The notes beneath the pieces are model-generated. The model had not been told where the DNA came from, searched no databases, and saw only the letters and a list, made by a program, of their open reading frames with translations. From NCBI GenBank assembly GCA_023663865.1, contig JAMPGU010000008.1:715-64714 (forward strand): a DNA stretch of 64,000 bases, read 5' to 3'. Positions 55,443 through 64,000 of this stretch are shown piece after piece (positions within the stretch are counted from its first letter, which is position 1; each line of letters begins with the position of its first letter). The DNA comes from Clostridium sp. Its GTDB lineage: Bacteria; Bacillota; Clostridia; Oscillospirales; Acutalibacteraceae. Position numbers and translations under genes: made by a program.

Positions 55443-56543
55443 ATGAATTATAACGAAGCGTTAAATATTATATTAAATAAGCAAAGCCTTGGCATTATGC
55501 CGGGGCTTGCTCGTATTTCAAAGCTCCTTGATGAAATGGGCAATCCGCAGAATGCATTAAAAATCATTCATATTGCAGGTACAAACGGCAAGGGCACTGT
55601 GGCTTACACCATTGCAAATACGCTGGCTGATAATGGTTATAAAACAGGCTTGTTCACATCCCCCTGGATATACAGCTACCGGGAGCAAATTCAGATAAAC
55701 GGTGCATATATTTCCAAAGAAGATTTGGCTTATTATATTGAAAAATATCAGCATAATGACTGTACGGAATTTGAAATGCTCACTGCAATTATGTATAAGT
55801 GTTTTGCAGATAACAAGGTGGACTATGCTGTTGTTGAGTGCGGTATGGGCGGACTGAATGATTCTACCAATACGGAAAAGGAAAATCTTGCCGTTATTAC
55901 ATCAATCGCACTGGATCATACCAATTTCCTCGGTGATACAATTGAGAAAATTGCGCTTGAAAAAGCAGGTATCATTAAAGAAAACTGCACCTGCATACTG
56001 TATCCTAATCCGCAGGTTGAGCATATTTTTGAACAAGTATGCAAAGAACGAAATGCAAAATTAGTCAAGGTATTGTGCGACAGTGATGCGTCCTTTTCTG
56101 CAAAAAATCTGCAAACCGCAGCAGCTGCGGTTTATGCCCTTGGGCTGGATGCCAATGTTACACTCTGTACTCCTGATGCCCGTCAAACAAGTACTGCTGA
56201 CGGCAAAATTCTCATTGACGGCGGTCATAATGTGGATGCAGCACAGGCACTTGCAGGGTTGCTCAATGATAATGTTGCGCTTATCGGAATGATGAAGGAT
56301 AAAAATGTGGACGGCTATCTGTCCATCGTAGCACCCCATTGTAAAAAAATCATCGCCACAACAGTTGATAATCCCCGTGCTATGTCTGCACTTGAGCTGA
56401 AACGCATTGCATCAAAATATTGCAGTGATGTGGTTTCCATTGATGCACCTGCTGAGGCATTGTCTTATGCGAAAAAAAGTGGACTTGATTTAATCTGCGG
56501 TTCCTTCTATCTCATAAGAGAAATTATAAAAGAGCTGGATTAG
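55443..56543 (+). CDS. folC: folylpolyglutamate synthase / dihydrofolate synthase
   Basis: Mur-ligase P-loop HIAGTNGKGT. valS-folC synteny matches Bacillus. Confidence 0.88.
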   Translation: MNYNEALNIILNKQSLGIMPGLARISKLLDEMGNPQNALKIIHIAGTNGKGTVAYTIANTLADNGYKTGLFTSPWIYSYREQIQINGAYISKEDLAYYIEKYQHNDCTEFEMLTAIMYKCFADNKVDYAVVECGMGGLNDSTNTEKENLAVITSIALDHTNFLGDTIEKIALEKAGIIKENCTCILYPNPQVEHIFEQVCKERNAKLVKVLCDSDASFSAKNLQTAAAAVYALGLDANVTLCTPDARQTSTADGKILIDGGHNVDAAQALAGLLNDNVALIGMMKDKNVDGYLSIVAPHCKKIIATTVDNPRAMSALELKRIASKYCSDVVSIDAPAEALSYAKKSGLDLICGSFYLIREIIKELD

Positions 56544-56625
56544 CTCCAAAATATGATAAAATATTTAAAACCGGTCTGTTACTATTGTAGCAAACTGGTT
56601 TTATTTTTTTGGAGTTGAGCATATT

Positions 56626-56961
56626 ATGAATGTTACAGTGGAATCAAGCGGCAGTGTTGTAATCGCATATCTTATCGGTGAAATAGACCATCATACAGCC
56701 GGTGCGGTCAGGGATGAAATTGATTCGGTAATAACGCATAAAAAGCCCCTGCATCTTATTATTGATTTCAGGAATGTTACTTTTATGGATTCCTCCGGTA
56801 TCGGACTTGTTATGGGCAGATACAGACTGATTCAGTCTCTGTCACCCACAGCATCCTTGGAAATTAAAAATGTTACTGTGCAGGCGAAAAAAATTATGGA
56901 GCTGGCAGGGCTTGGAAGAATAGCGGTAATAAAGGAGAAGGAAAATGAAGAAAATAAATGA
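56626..56961 (+). CDS. spoIIAA: anti-sigma F factor antagonist (STAS domain)
   Basis: Motif FMDSSGIGLVMG (phospho-serine context). 111 aa, first gene of the sigF operon. Confidence 0.9.
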   Translation: MNVTVESSGSVVIAYLIGEIDHHTAGAVRDEIDSVITHKKPLHLIIDFRNVTFMDSSGIGLVMGRYRLIQSLSPTASLEIKNVTVQAKKIMELAGLGRIAVIKEKENEENK

Positions 56962-57382
56962 ATTCAGATTAACAATTGACAGCAAAAGTGTTAATGAAAG
57001 CTTTGCAAGGGTGGCAGTATCTGCTTTTATTACGCAGCTTGATCCTACCTTGGAGGAAATTGCGGATATAAAAACTGCTGTGAGCGAAGCGGTGACAAAT
57101 TCAATTGTTCATGCTTACAAGGATACATATGGAAAAATTTATGTTAATGCTGTGATTCACGATAACAATTCTGTCAGAATTTCTATAAGAGATAAGGGCT
57201 GCGGTATCGCGGATGTGAATCAGGCAATGACACCCCTTTATACTACAGGAGGCGGTGACAGAGCAGGACTGGGCTTTACGGTTATGGAAAGCTTTTGTGA
57301 TTCTGTTCGGGTCAGGTCCAAAGAGGGTAAAGGCACAACCGTTACGCTTACAAAAAGAATTGCAGGCAAGTCTCAATGGTAA
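56945..57382 (+). CDS. spoIIAB: anti-sigma F factor (serine kinase)
   Basis: HATPase N-box AVSEAVTNSIVHAY and G-box GLGFTVM. Overlaps both neighbours. Confidence 0.9.
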   Translation: MKKINEFRLTIDSKSVNESFARVAVSAFITQLDPTLEEIADIKTAVSEAVTNSIVHAYKDTYGKIYVNAVIHDNNSVRISIRDKGCGIADVNQAMTPLYTTGGGDRAGLGFTVMESFCDSVRVRSKEGKGTTVTLTKRIAGKSQW

Positions 57383-58029
57383 GCACAGAACGAGATAAAA
57401 AAATTGAAAGCAATATAGGATTGGTTCATTCCATTGCCAACAGATTCAGAGGCAGGGGTGTAGAATATGACGACTTGTTTCAAAACGGCTGTGTAGGCTT
57501 GATAAAGGCTGTAGATAATTTTGATGAATCAAAGGGCTTTGCCTTTTCAACCTATGCAGTTCCCGTCATAATGGGGGAGATTAAACGGATTTTTCGTGAC
57601 GGCGGAGCCATTAAGGTCAGCCGTGCATTAAAGGATAAGGCAATTAAGGCACAGGCACTAAGAGATAAATTTATTGCCCGGGAGCTTCGTGAGCCTACAA
57701 TTACAGAGCTTTCTCAAATGCTGGATACCTCGCCCGAGGAAACTGCAGAAATTCTGAATGTTATTACGCCTATGCTGTCGCTGAATTCCAATGGTGAGGA
57801 CGGAGAGGATACCATTGATATTCCCGTTGATGAAAGTGATAATCTGTTTGACAGATTGTCGGTTCATCAGCTTATGGGTCATCTCAACAGTGCGGAGCGG
57901 CAATTGATAGATTTGCGGTATTACAAGGGCTATACGCAGTCCAAAACAGCACAGCTGCTGGGGGTATCACAAGTACAGATTTCACGTAAGGAAAAAGCAA
58001 TATTAATGAAGCTTCGCAAGCTGGCATAA
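57376..58029 (+). CDS. sigF: RNA polymerase sporulation sigma factor F
   Basis: Sigma-70 region 2 (DLFQNGCVGLIKAVDNFD), region 4 HTH (YTQSKTAQLLGVSQVQISR), and position after spoIIAB. Confidence 0.9.
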   Translation: MVSTERDKKIESNIGLVHSIANRFRGRGVEYDDLFQNGCVGLIKAVDNFDESKGFAFSTYAVPVIMGEIKRIFRDGGAIKVSRALKDKAIKAQALRDKFIARELREPTITELSQMLDTSPEETAEILNVITPMLSLNSNGEDGEDTIDIPVDESDNLFDRLSVHQLMGHLNSAERQLIDLRYYKGYTQSKTAQLLGVSQVQISRKEKAILMKLRKLA

Positions 58030-58035
58030 AATGAT

Positions 58036-58076
58036 AGAACCTATACTCAAAAGTTATGAGTATAGGTTCTTTTTTA
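58036..58076. terminator. bidirectional terminator between sigF and the convergent radical SAM gene
   Basis: AGAACCUAUACUC (58036-58048) pairs with GAGUAUAGGUUCU (58058-58070), followed by U5. Confidence 0.65.
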
Positions 58077-58940
58077 TAATCGGTTTATTGCATTCAGTAC
58101 TCTTTTTTTGTCGGCGGACCATAGCGGTGCAATTAAATCCTTTTTTGCGCCGTCACCTGTTAATCGGTGAATGACAATGTGCTTCGGTATTCTTTCAATA
58201 CAGCTTTTAATTATATCCAGGTATTCTTCAAATTCCAGTACCTTGATTTTTCCTTGGTAATATTCCTCTGCCAAATCCGTATTTCTGAGTATGTGCAGCA
58301 GCTGCAGCTTTATTCCGTCAGCACCGCTTTGACACACGTAATCTACTGTTTTCAGCATATCCGCTTTTGTTTCACCGGGCAGACCGATAATAATATGTAC
58401 AACAATGTTTACGTTGATTTTTTTCAGCTTCCTTATTGCTTCATCGTAAACGTTAAGTGCATAGCCTCGCCGGATATAATCGGCACTGGATTGATGAATT
58501 GTCTGCAGACCGAGTTCAACAAAAACAGGCTTGATGCGGTTAAGCTCATCCAAAAGCGCAAGCACATCATCACCAAGGCAGTCCGGTCTTGTGGCGATAG
58601 AAATAGCAACAATATCCTTGTGATTTACTGCTTCCGTAAATATTGCCCGAAGTACATCTATGGGCGCATAAGTATTGGTGAATGCCTGAAAGTATGCAAT
58701 ATATTTACCATCCTTGATTTTGTTTTCTACACGCTTTTTCCCGGCTTCTATTTGGTCAGTTATTGAGCAATTTGCATTTTCTGCAAAATCTCCGCTGCCG
58801 CCCTTGGAGCAGAATATGCACCCTCTTGTATCAAGGGTGCCGTCTCTGTTGGGGCAGGTGAAGCCTGCATTTAAACTTAGCTTGTATACCTTGCAGCCAA
58901 AGGTGCTTCGCAGATAGTGATTAAGACTCAAGTATTCCAT
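58074..58940 (-). CDS. TIGR01212-family radical SAM protein (YtqA-like)
   Basis: Motifs CPNRDGT..RGCIFC, and an N-terminus MEYLSLNHYLRSTFGCKVYKL typical of the family. Start chosen at 58940; the alternative at 58976 would overlap the upstream gene by 56 nt. Confidence 0.82.
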   Translation of the reverse strand: MEYLSLNHYLRSTFGCKVYKLSLNAGFTCPNRDGTLDTRGCIFCSKGGSGDFAENANCSITDQIEAGKKRVENKIKDGKYIAYFQAFTNTYAPIDVLRAIFTEAVNHKDIVAISIATRPDCLGDDVLALLDELNRIKPVFVELGLQTIHQSSADYIRRGYALNVYDEAIRKLKKINVNIVVHIIIGLPGETKADMLKTVDYVCQSGADGIKLQLLHILRNTDLAEEYYQGKIKVLEFEEYLDIIKSCIERIPKHIVIHRLTGDGAKKDLIAPLWSADKKRVLNAINRL

Positions 58941-59685
58941 AAAATTCTTCCAGTACCTTTTTGTTTCCGCATACAAAGGATGCGATTTTTCCCGGGTCTA
59001 TGTTTTCTTTCTCAAAGGTGTATGCATAGCCGCCGGCTTCCTGCAGTATTACAGAGGCACCAGCCCAGTCCCATGGACGCAGTATCATCTCGTAGTACAA
59101 GTCAGCCTTACCGCTGGCAACATAGCAGATATCCAGTGCGGCAGAACCGCCTCGTCTTACCTCAATTGCCTCATAAAATATTTTTTCAGTCAGTGCAAAG
59201 GTCTGATGTGCCAGCTCGTGCTCATAAGGGCAAGTGCCGAACAAAACAAGACTCTCGTTTAAACTGCAGTCTGATGTGTGAATCGGCTTGCCGTTCAGGT
59301 ATGCGCCTTTCCCTTTTTCCGCATAAAATATATTATTCAGGTCGGGGTCGAGGACAACGCCAAGGATAAGCTCCTTGTCCTTAGCCAGTCCCACACTGAT
59401 AGCACTGTGCTGAAAGCCCTTTATAAAATTGGTTGTTCCGTCAATTGGGTCAATAACGAAGCAGTAGCCATCTGTATAATCCTTGTTGCCGTCACCCTCC
59501 TCACCTACAAAGGTGCAGCCGGGAATCAGTGCTTTTAATTTTGCGAAGAGAAAATCCTGTATCTGCTTATCATATTTTGTAACAAGATTAACACTGCTGC
59601 CCTTATCCTCAATGCCTAAATCATCAGATGCACTTTTGTAGATTTCACCTGCTTTTTTAACTATATTGATAATTTCTTCTAACAT
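58921..59685 (-). CDS. inositol monophosphatase family protein (SuhB-like)
   Basis: Motifs FVGEEG, VIDPIDGTTNF and WDWAGASVIL. Confidence 0.85.
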   Translation of the reverse strand: MLEEIINIVKKAGEIYKSASDDLGIEDKGSSVNLVTKYDKQIQDFLFAKLKALIPGCTFVGEEGDGNKDYTDGYCFVIDPIDGTTNFIKGFQHSAISVGLAKDKELILGVVLDPDLNNIFYAEKGKGAYLNGKPIHTSDCSLNESLVLFGTCPYEHELAHQTFALTEKIFYEAIEVRRGGSAALDICYVASGKADLYYEMILRPWDWAGASVILQEAGGYAYTFEKENIDPGKIASFVCGNKKVLEEFYGILES

Positions 59686-59849
59686 CCTATCATCTCCGAA
59701 TTATTATATAGACGATTGCCTGCAAAGCAATAGCTGTATTTTTTATTTATTATATCACAATATTATTCATAAAAAAACCATATATTATTATTGACTTCAA
59801 TTGTCGGGTGGTTTAAAATTAATTTATACTGATTAAGGAATGTGATTTA

Positions 59850-61220
59850 ATGAAAGTTTTTTTGAGCTGTCTGGTTTGCAGATTTGTTCACTTTGTTCTG
59901 CAAAAGCTGGGCAGAGGTGCTACAACCCTTCCGGGAAGAATTGCACTGAAAGTAAAAAGAAATGTACTGACGGATTTGTCAAGGAATGTAAAGGTTATCA
60001 TTGTTACCGGCACGAATGGTAAAACCACCTCCTGCCGAATTATAGAGGAGGGGCTTAAAGCTGCCGGAAAAACATATTTTATCAATAAATCAGGTGCAAA
60101 TCTGATTACCGGTATAACCTCGTCCTTTATTATGAATTCAACAGTTACAGGCAAAAGCAAATATGAATATGCCATCGTTGAGTGCGATGAAAATGCCTTT
60201 AGAGAGGTTTCACGATATATTCGGGCTGATGTTGTTTTGGTAACCAATGTATTTCGTGATCAGCTTGACAGATACGGCGAGGTTACTCACACGCTCAATG
60301 CAATTAAAGAGTCTGTAAAAAATCTGCCTGAGGCTGTAATTTGTCTGGATGCAGACTGCTCGCTGACCTATTCCATGTCTAAGGGAATTCCGAATAAAAT
60401 CGTTACCTTCGGTGTAAATACTGCGTTTGATAAAAATGCCAAGGCACCTGAAATCAGTGATGCAAAATATTGCATTTTCTGTAAGCATGAGTATGATTAT
60501 ACATATCATACCTATGGTCATCTCGGCGGCTTTGTCTGCAAGGGCTGCGGGTATTCAAGACCTGCTCCTGATTTTGCGGTCACCAGCATTGAGGAGCTGA
60601 AACAAAATTATTCTATCGTAGTTGCAGCCTTTAACGGCAGCGAAAATATTGTAAAGGTCAACATCGGCGGAGCGTATAATGTTTATAACGCAATTGGCTG
60701 TGCAGCGGCACTGTCGGCGCTCGGCATTGAAGATAAAACCATTATTAAAGCTCTTGAAAGCTTTAACGGTGCTTTTGGCAGAATGGAGCAGTTCACAAGC
60801 GGTGAGCATAAAATCAATGTTATTTTGGTTAAAAATCCTGCCGGCTTCAGCCAGACGATGAGCTTTTTAAAAACCATTGAGGATGACTTTACAATGATTT
60901 TATCCCTGAATGATAATGCGGCGGACGGCCGTGATATCAGCTGGATATGGGATGTTGATTTTAACCATATATTTGAAAAGTCAAATGTTAAGGATATTTA
61001 TGTAGCAGGCAAGCGCTGTTACGATATGGCTATCAGAGTGAAGTATGAGGGCGTGGGCGACAGAAATATCAAGGTTATTGAAAATGAAGATTACAATGAG
61101 CTTGTTGATATTGCTACCTCTCAGGGCAGGGATGTTTATATCGTGCCGACCTATACGTCTATGATGACTATGCGTCCGACCATTGCAAAGAGATTGGGAG
61201 GTAAAGAATTTTGGGAATGA
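59850..61220 (+). CDS. murT: lipid II isoglutaminyl synthase subunit MurT (Mur-ligase family)
   Basis: P-loop VTGTNGKTT, Cys4 ribbon CIFCKHEY...CKGCGY, and a C-terminal DUF1727-like segment (DGRDISWIWDVDF). Confidence 0.88.
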   Translation: MKVFLSCLVCRFVHFVLQKLGRGATTLPGRIALKVKRNVLTDLSRNVKVIIVTGTNGKTTSCRIIEEGLKAAGKTYFINKSGANLITGITSSFIMNSTVTGKSKYEYAIVECDENAFREVSRYIRADVVLVTNVFRDQLDRYGEVTHTLNAIKESVKNLPEAVICLDADCSLTYSMSKGIPNKIVTFGVNTAFDKNAKAPEISDAKYCIFCKHEYDYTYHTYGHLGGFVCKGCGYSRPAPDFAVTSIEELKQNYSIVVAAFNGSENIVKVNIGGAYNVYNAIGCAAALSALGIEDKTIIKALESFNGAFGRMEQFTSGEHKINVILVKNPAGFSQTMSFLKTIEDDFTMILSLNDNAADGRDISWIWDVDFNHIFEKSNVKDIYVAGKRCYDMAIRVKYEGVGDRNIKVIENEDYNELVDIATSQGRDVYIVPTYTSMMTMRPTIAKRLGGKEFWE

Positions 61221-61939
61221 TGATTCGAATCGCACATTTATATCCTGATATGCTGAATCTCTATGGCGACAGGGGAAATATTATTGCGCTTACCGAGCGA
61301 ATGAAAGCAAGAAATATAGATGTTCAGACAGACCAAATTACTATGGGCAAATCCTTTAACGCCGACAACTATGATATTCTGTTTGTAGGCGGAGGACAGG
61401 ATTTTGAGCAGGATGTGCTTCTTGAGGATTTAAAGAAGGGTAAGGATACCGAAATCAACAAGGCTATCCATAACGGCACGGTTATGCTGGCAATCTGCGG
61501 CGGCTATCAAATGCTTGGCAGGTATTATAAAACCTTTGACGGCAAAATGCTGGAATATATGGGTGCTCTTGATTTTTATACCGAGGGCAAGGAAGAACGT
61601 ATGATTGGCAATTATGCCTTTAAAACAAAAGAGGGAATAGAGGTTGTTGGCTTTGAAAATCACAGCGGCAGAACCTATCTCGGCAGTGAGGTCGAGCCTC
61701 TCGGAACAATGATTAAGGGCTATGGCAACAATGGCGAGGATGGTACAGAGGGTGTACGTTTTAAAAACACCTTCGGCACATATTCCCACGGTCCTATTCT
61801 TCCTAAAAATTCAAAATTTGCAGATTTGCTTATTTTAAAAGCACTGGAAAATAAATACGGTGTTTCCGAGCTTCAGCCCCTGGATGATACCTTGGAGCTG
61901 AAAGCACAGCAGCAGGTAATGAAACTTTATATAAAATAA
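61217..61939 (+). CDS. gatD: lipid II isoglutaminyl synthase glutaminase subunit GatD
   Basis: N-terminus IAHLYPDMLNLYGDRGN and nucleophile context AICGGYQMLG. ATGA overlap with murT. Confidence 0.88.
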   Translation: MMIRIAHLYPDMLNLYGDRGNIIALTERMKARNIDVQTDQITMGKSFNADNYDILFVGGGQDFEQDVLLEDLKKGKDTEINKAIHNGTVMLAICGGYQMLGRYYKTFDGKMLEYMGALDFYTEGKEERMIGNYAFKTKEGIEVVGFENHSGRTYLGSEVEPLGTMIKGYGNNGEDGTEGVRFKNTFGTYSHGPILPKNSKFADLLILKALENKYGVSELQPLDDTLELKAQQQVMKLYIK

Positions 61940-61952
61940 TTAGAGGTATAAA

Positions 61953-64000
61953 ATGAAAAAGATTATTAGCTTATTACTATCCTTTATAATGATGATAAGT
62001 ATCACTTCCGGTTTGGATTTTTCTGCTTATGCAGAGGAGTCAGAGCTTAGCAATAATAGTATAGTTGTTTTAAATGAAAGGTCCGATATTTACATAAATG
62101 CAGGGGAATATGGATATTTTTATTTCACACCTGAGGAGGACGGCTTTTATAATATTCATATTGCGTCTGAGCCTAAAATCAGCTCCTATATAAACGAAGC
62201 TGATGGAAGTGATGAGGATGCAGACTTTTTGGGTACAGACAGTGAAAGTGATTATATTAGATGTTTAACAGCAGGAATTACTTATGCTATTAAATTAAAT
62301 GTTAATACTCTTTACGGCGGACTTAAAAGTGCAACGGTTGCTTTAACCATAACCACCCATAATCATAGCTATTCAGAAGAACTTACAGAAGCAAAATGCA
62401 ATGCTGAGGGTAAAATTGATTATACCTGTGACGTTTGCTTCTATTCGTATACCGAGGTGCTGGCACCGGATGCATCAAAGCACATGTTTTCAGTAAACGG
62501 CATCTGCACGGTTTGCGGTGCAGAGGATGAAAATTATGTTAAATCGGTTCACGATATCGCTGTAGGCGAAACGAAATCTGTTATCGTGAAATCAAGCGGT
62601 GAAACAGAAACCTTTTCCTTTACTGCTGAGGAGGAAAACTTTTATTTCATAGAGCTTAAAAGTAAAAAAGGAAACTATAATTTAAAGGTTTTCAATGGTG
62701 ACGGAGAGCGAATTGTCAATGCGAATATTTCCAGCAGCTCGTATGACTGCAGAATCAGTGCCTCAGCAGGAGAAAAATATAGATTTGAAGTAACCAAAAA
62801 CAGCGCTGAAAATTATGATGTCAGCATTACAAAGCACCAGCATACATTAAAAAGTACGGAAGTCAAGGCAGGCTGTGATTCCTTGGGTTATACCTATCAT
62901 TGCTGTAGTGCGTCCTATTGCGAATACGAATATATGGACAATTATGTTCCTGCCACAGGAAAGCATAAGTTCCGTACAACCGTTGTAGCACCTACCTGCA
63001 GTATGCCGGGATATACAGAATACAGCTGTTCTGAATGTGATACAGGTTATATTTATAATTACACCTCTCCTGCTAAGAATAAGCATAGTTATGAAAATGG
63101 CTTTTGTACGGAGTGCGGAGCAATCAGCAGCAGTATAACCATAGGCTCAATTACGCTGAATAATAAAACAGATGTCACGGCTTCCTCTTCAAAGCCTTCT
63201 GTTGTATCCTTTAAGCCTAAGACCTCCGGATGGTATACCTTGAGTTCTTCCGGTAAAAGAGATACCTTCGGTATTCTGCTTGACAGCAATTATGAAATTC
63301 TTGAGCAGGATGATGACAGCGGCAGCAGTTATAACTATTCAATAGATTATGTTTTAAATGCGGGAGAAACCTATTATCTGGTTACCCAGGTGGACAGCAC
63401 TTCGAATGTAACCATTTCCATTTTGGTTGAGCCTCATGTTCATAAATATTTCTCCTTGAAACAGGCTGCAACCTGCGGTGAAAAGGGATGCACATTATAT
63501 TACTGCAGCTGCGGTGCGGCATATTTTGACAAGATAACACCTGCTACCAATAAGCATAAATGGGTTACAGATGAAAAGGTTGATGCCACCTGCGTTGATG
63601 ACGGATATACCGTTCAGTACTGTTCCGTTTGCGGTGAAGCAAAGACCACTGTTACATCTAAGGAAAACGGACTTCATAAGTACGAAAATAATGTTTGTAT
63701 CTATTGCGATGAAAGAAGACATAACACAGAGGTCAAGGATGTTCTGGATATTACAACCGGAACCACTGTAAATGTTTCCTTTGATAAGGCAAATCAAATA
63801 ACATATCTGAACTTTAAACCGGAGAAAGACGGTTACTATATGTTCCAGTCCTTCGGTGTTTATGATACTTATGTAACCATGGCAGACAAGTATGGCTATC
63901 CTTTGGCTGAGGATGATAACAGTGCCTTGGCAAATAATTGCCGTATTGTCACCTATTTTGAAGCAGGATATAATTATCAGTTCAGAATAGAGGTTACGGA
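61953..64000 (+). CDS. large secreted modular protein (partial, runs off the right edge)
   Basis: Not in the ORF track because no stop lies within the window. AGAGG SD, ATG at 61953, and I translated all 682 codons without a stop. Signal peptide ending DFSAYA. Beta-rich modules alternate with Cys-rich KH...C..C modules. Confidence 0.8.
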   Translation, partial: MKKIISLLLSFIMMISITSGLDFSAYAEESELSNNSIVVLNERSDIYINAGEYGYFYFTPEEDGFYNIHIASEPKISSYINEADGSDEDADFLGTDSESDYIRCLTAGITYAIKLNVNTLYGGLKSATVALTITTHNHSYSEELTEAKCNAEGKIDYTCDVCFYSYTEVLAPDASKHMFSVNGICTVCGAEDENYVKSVHDIAVGETKSVIVKSSGETETFSFTAEEENFYFIELKSKKGNYNLKVFNGDGERIVNANISSSSYDCRISASAGEKYRFEVTKNSAENYDVSITKHQHTLKSTEVKAGCDSLGYTYHCCSASYCEYEYMDNYVPATGKHKFRTTVVAPTCSMPGYTEYSCSECDTGYIYNYTSPAKNKHSYENGFCTECGAISSSITIGSITLNNKTDVTASSSKPSVVSFKPKTSGWYTLSSSGKRDTFGILLDSNYEILEQDDDSGSSYNYSIDYVLNAGETYYLVTQVDSTSNVTISILVEPHVHKYFSLKQAATCGEKGCTLYYCSCGAAYFDKITPATNKHKWVTDEKVDATCVDDGYTVQYCSVCGEAKTTVTSKENGLHKYENNVCIYCDERRHNTEVKDVLDITTGTTVNVSFDKANQITYLNFKPEKDGYYMFQSFGVYDTYVTMADKYGYPLAEDDNSALANNCRIVTYFEAGYNYQFRIEVT

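Overview
This is a 64-kb chromosomal segment from a low-GC, spore-forming Firmicute. It looks like a Clostridia-type genome, because spoIIAA-spoIIAB-sigF is present and the gene order dprA-topA-trmFO, plsX-rnc-smc-ftsY and yhbY-nadD-yqeK-rsfS-leuS matches Firmicute synteny. No species is claimed. Most of the window is densely packed housekeeping genes, almost all on the + strand:
- xpt plus a BMP-lipoprotein nucleoside ABC transporter
- yebC, glyA, a TagF-like transferase, an aminotransferase and trpS
- a ~17.6-kb co-directional string from a TrmH-family methyltransferase to leuS
- AraC with a GH38 alpha-mannosidase and a GH29 alpha-fucosidase
- uxaB-uxaA
- a T-box leader followed by valS-folC
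- the sigF operon, and murT-gatD

Three large secreted repeat proteins are interspersed (LRR/Big_2, FN3 with a transglutaminase-like core, and a Cys-rich modular protein running off the right edge). I saw no rRNA, tRNA, CRISPR array, transposase or integrase.

The most unusual signal is the 1.07-kb 'intergenic' stretch at 22613-23680. It consists of four head-to-tail copies (~265 bp each) of an autonomous module: a strong sigma-A promoter, a ~165-nt highly structured RNA, and a UUCG-loop terminator. The long basal helix of this RNA differs in sequence between copies but keeps its pairing through compensatory changes. The array runs directly into a promoter-less 125-aa NYN/PIN-like ORF, and each repeat carries a relic of that ORF's 5' end. 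The layout resembles type III toxin-antitoxin loci but differs in scale and nuclease fold. I propose it as a candidate undescribed RNA-protein system.

Secondary candidates:
- a five-gene operon of SCP2-like protein, class-III aminotransferase, split transketolase and a second SCP2-like protein
- a ~500-nt ORF-free, hairpin-rich region at 47577-48119
- a promoter-to-terminator ~470-nt non-coding unit at 48567-49075 with three SD-like + GGUCCAAUG modules

All functional calls rest on motif recognition by eye. No database search was run.
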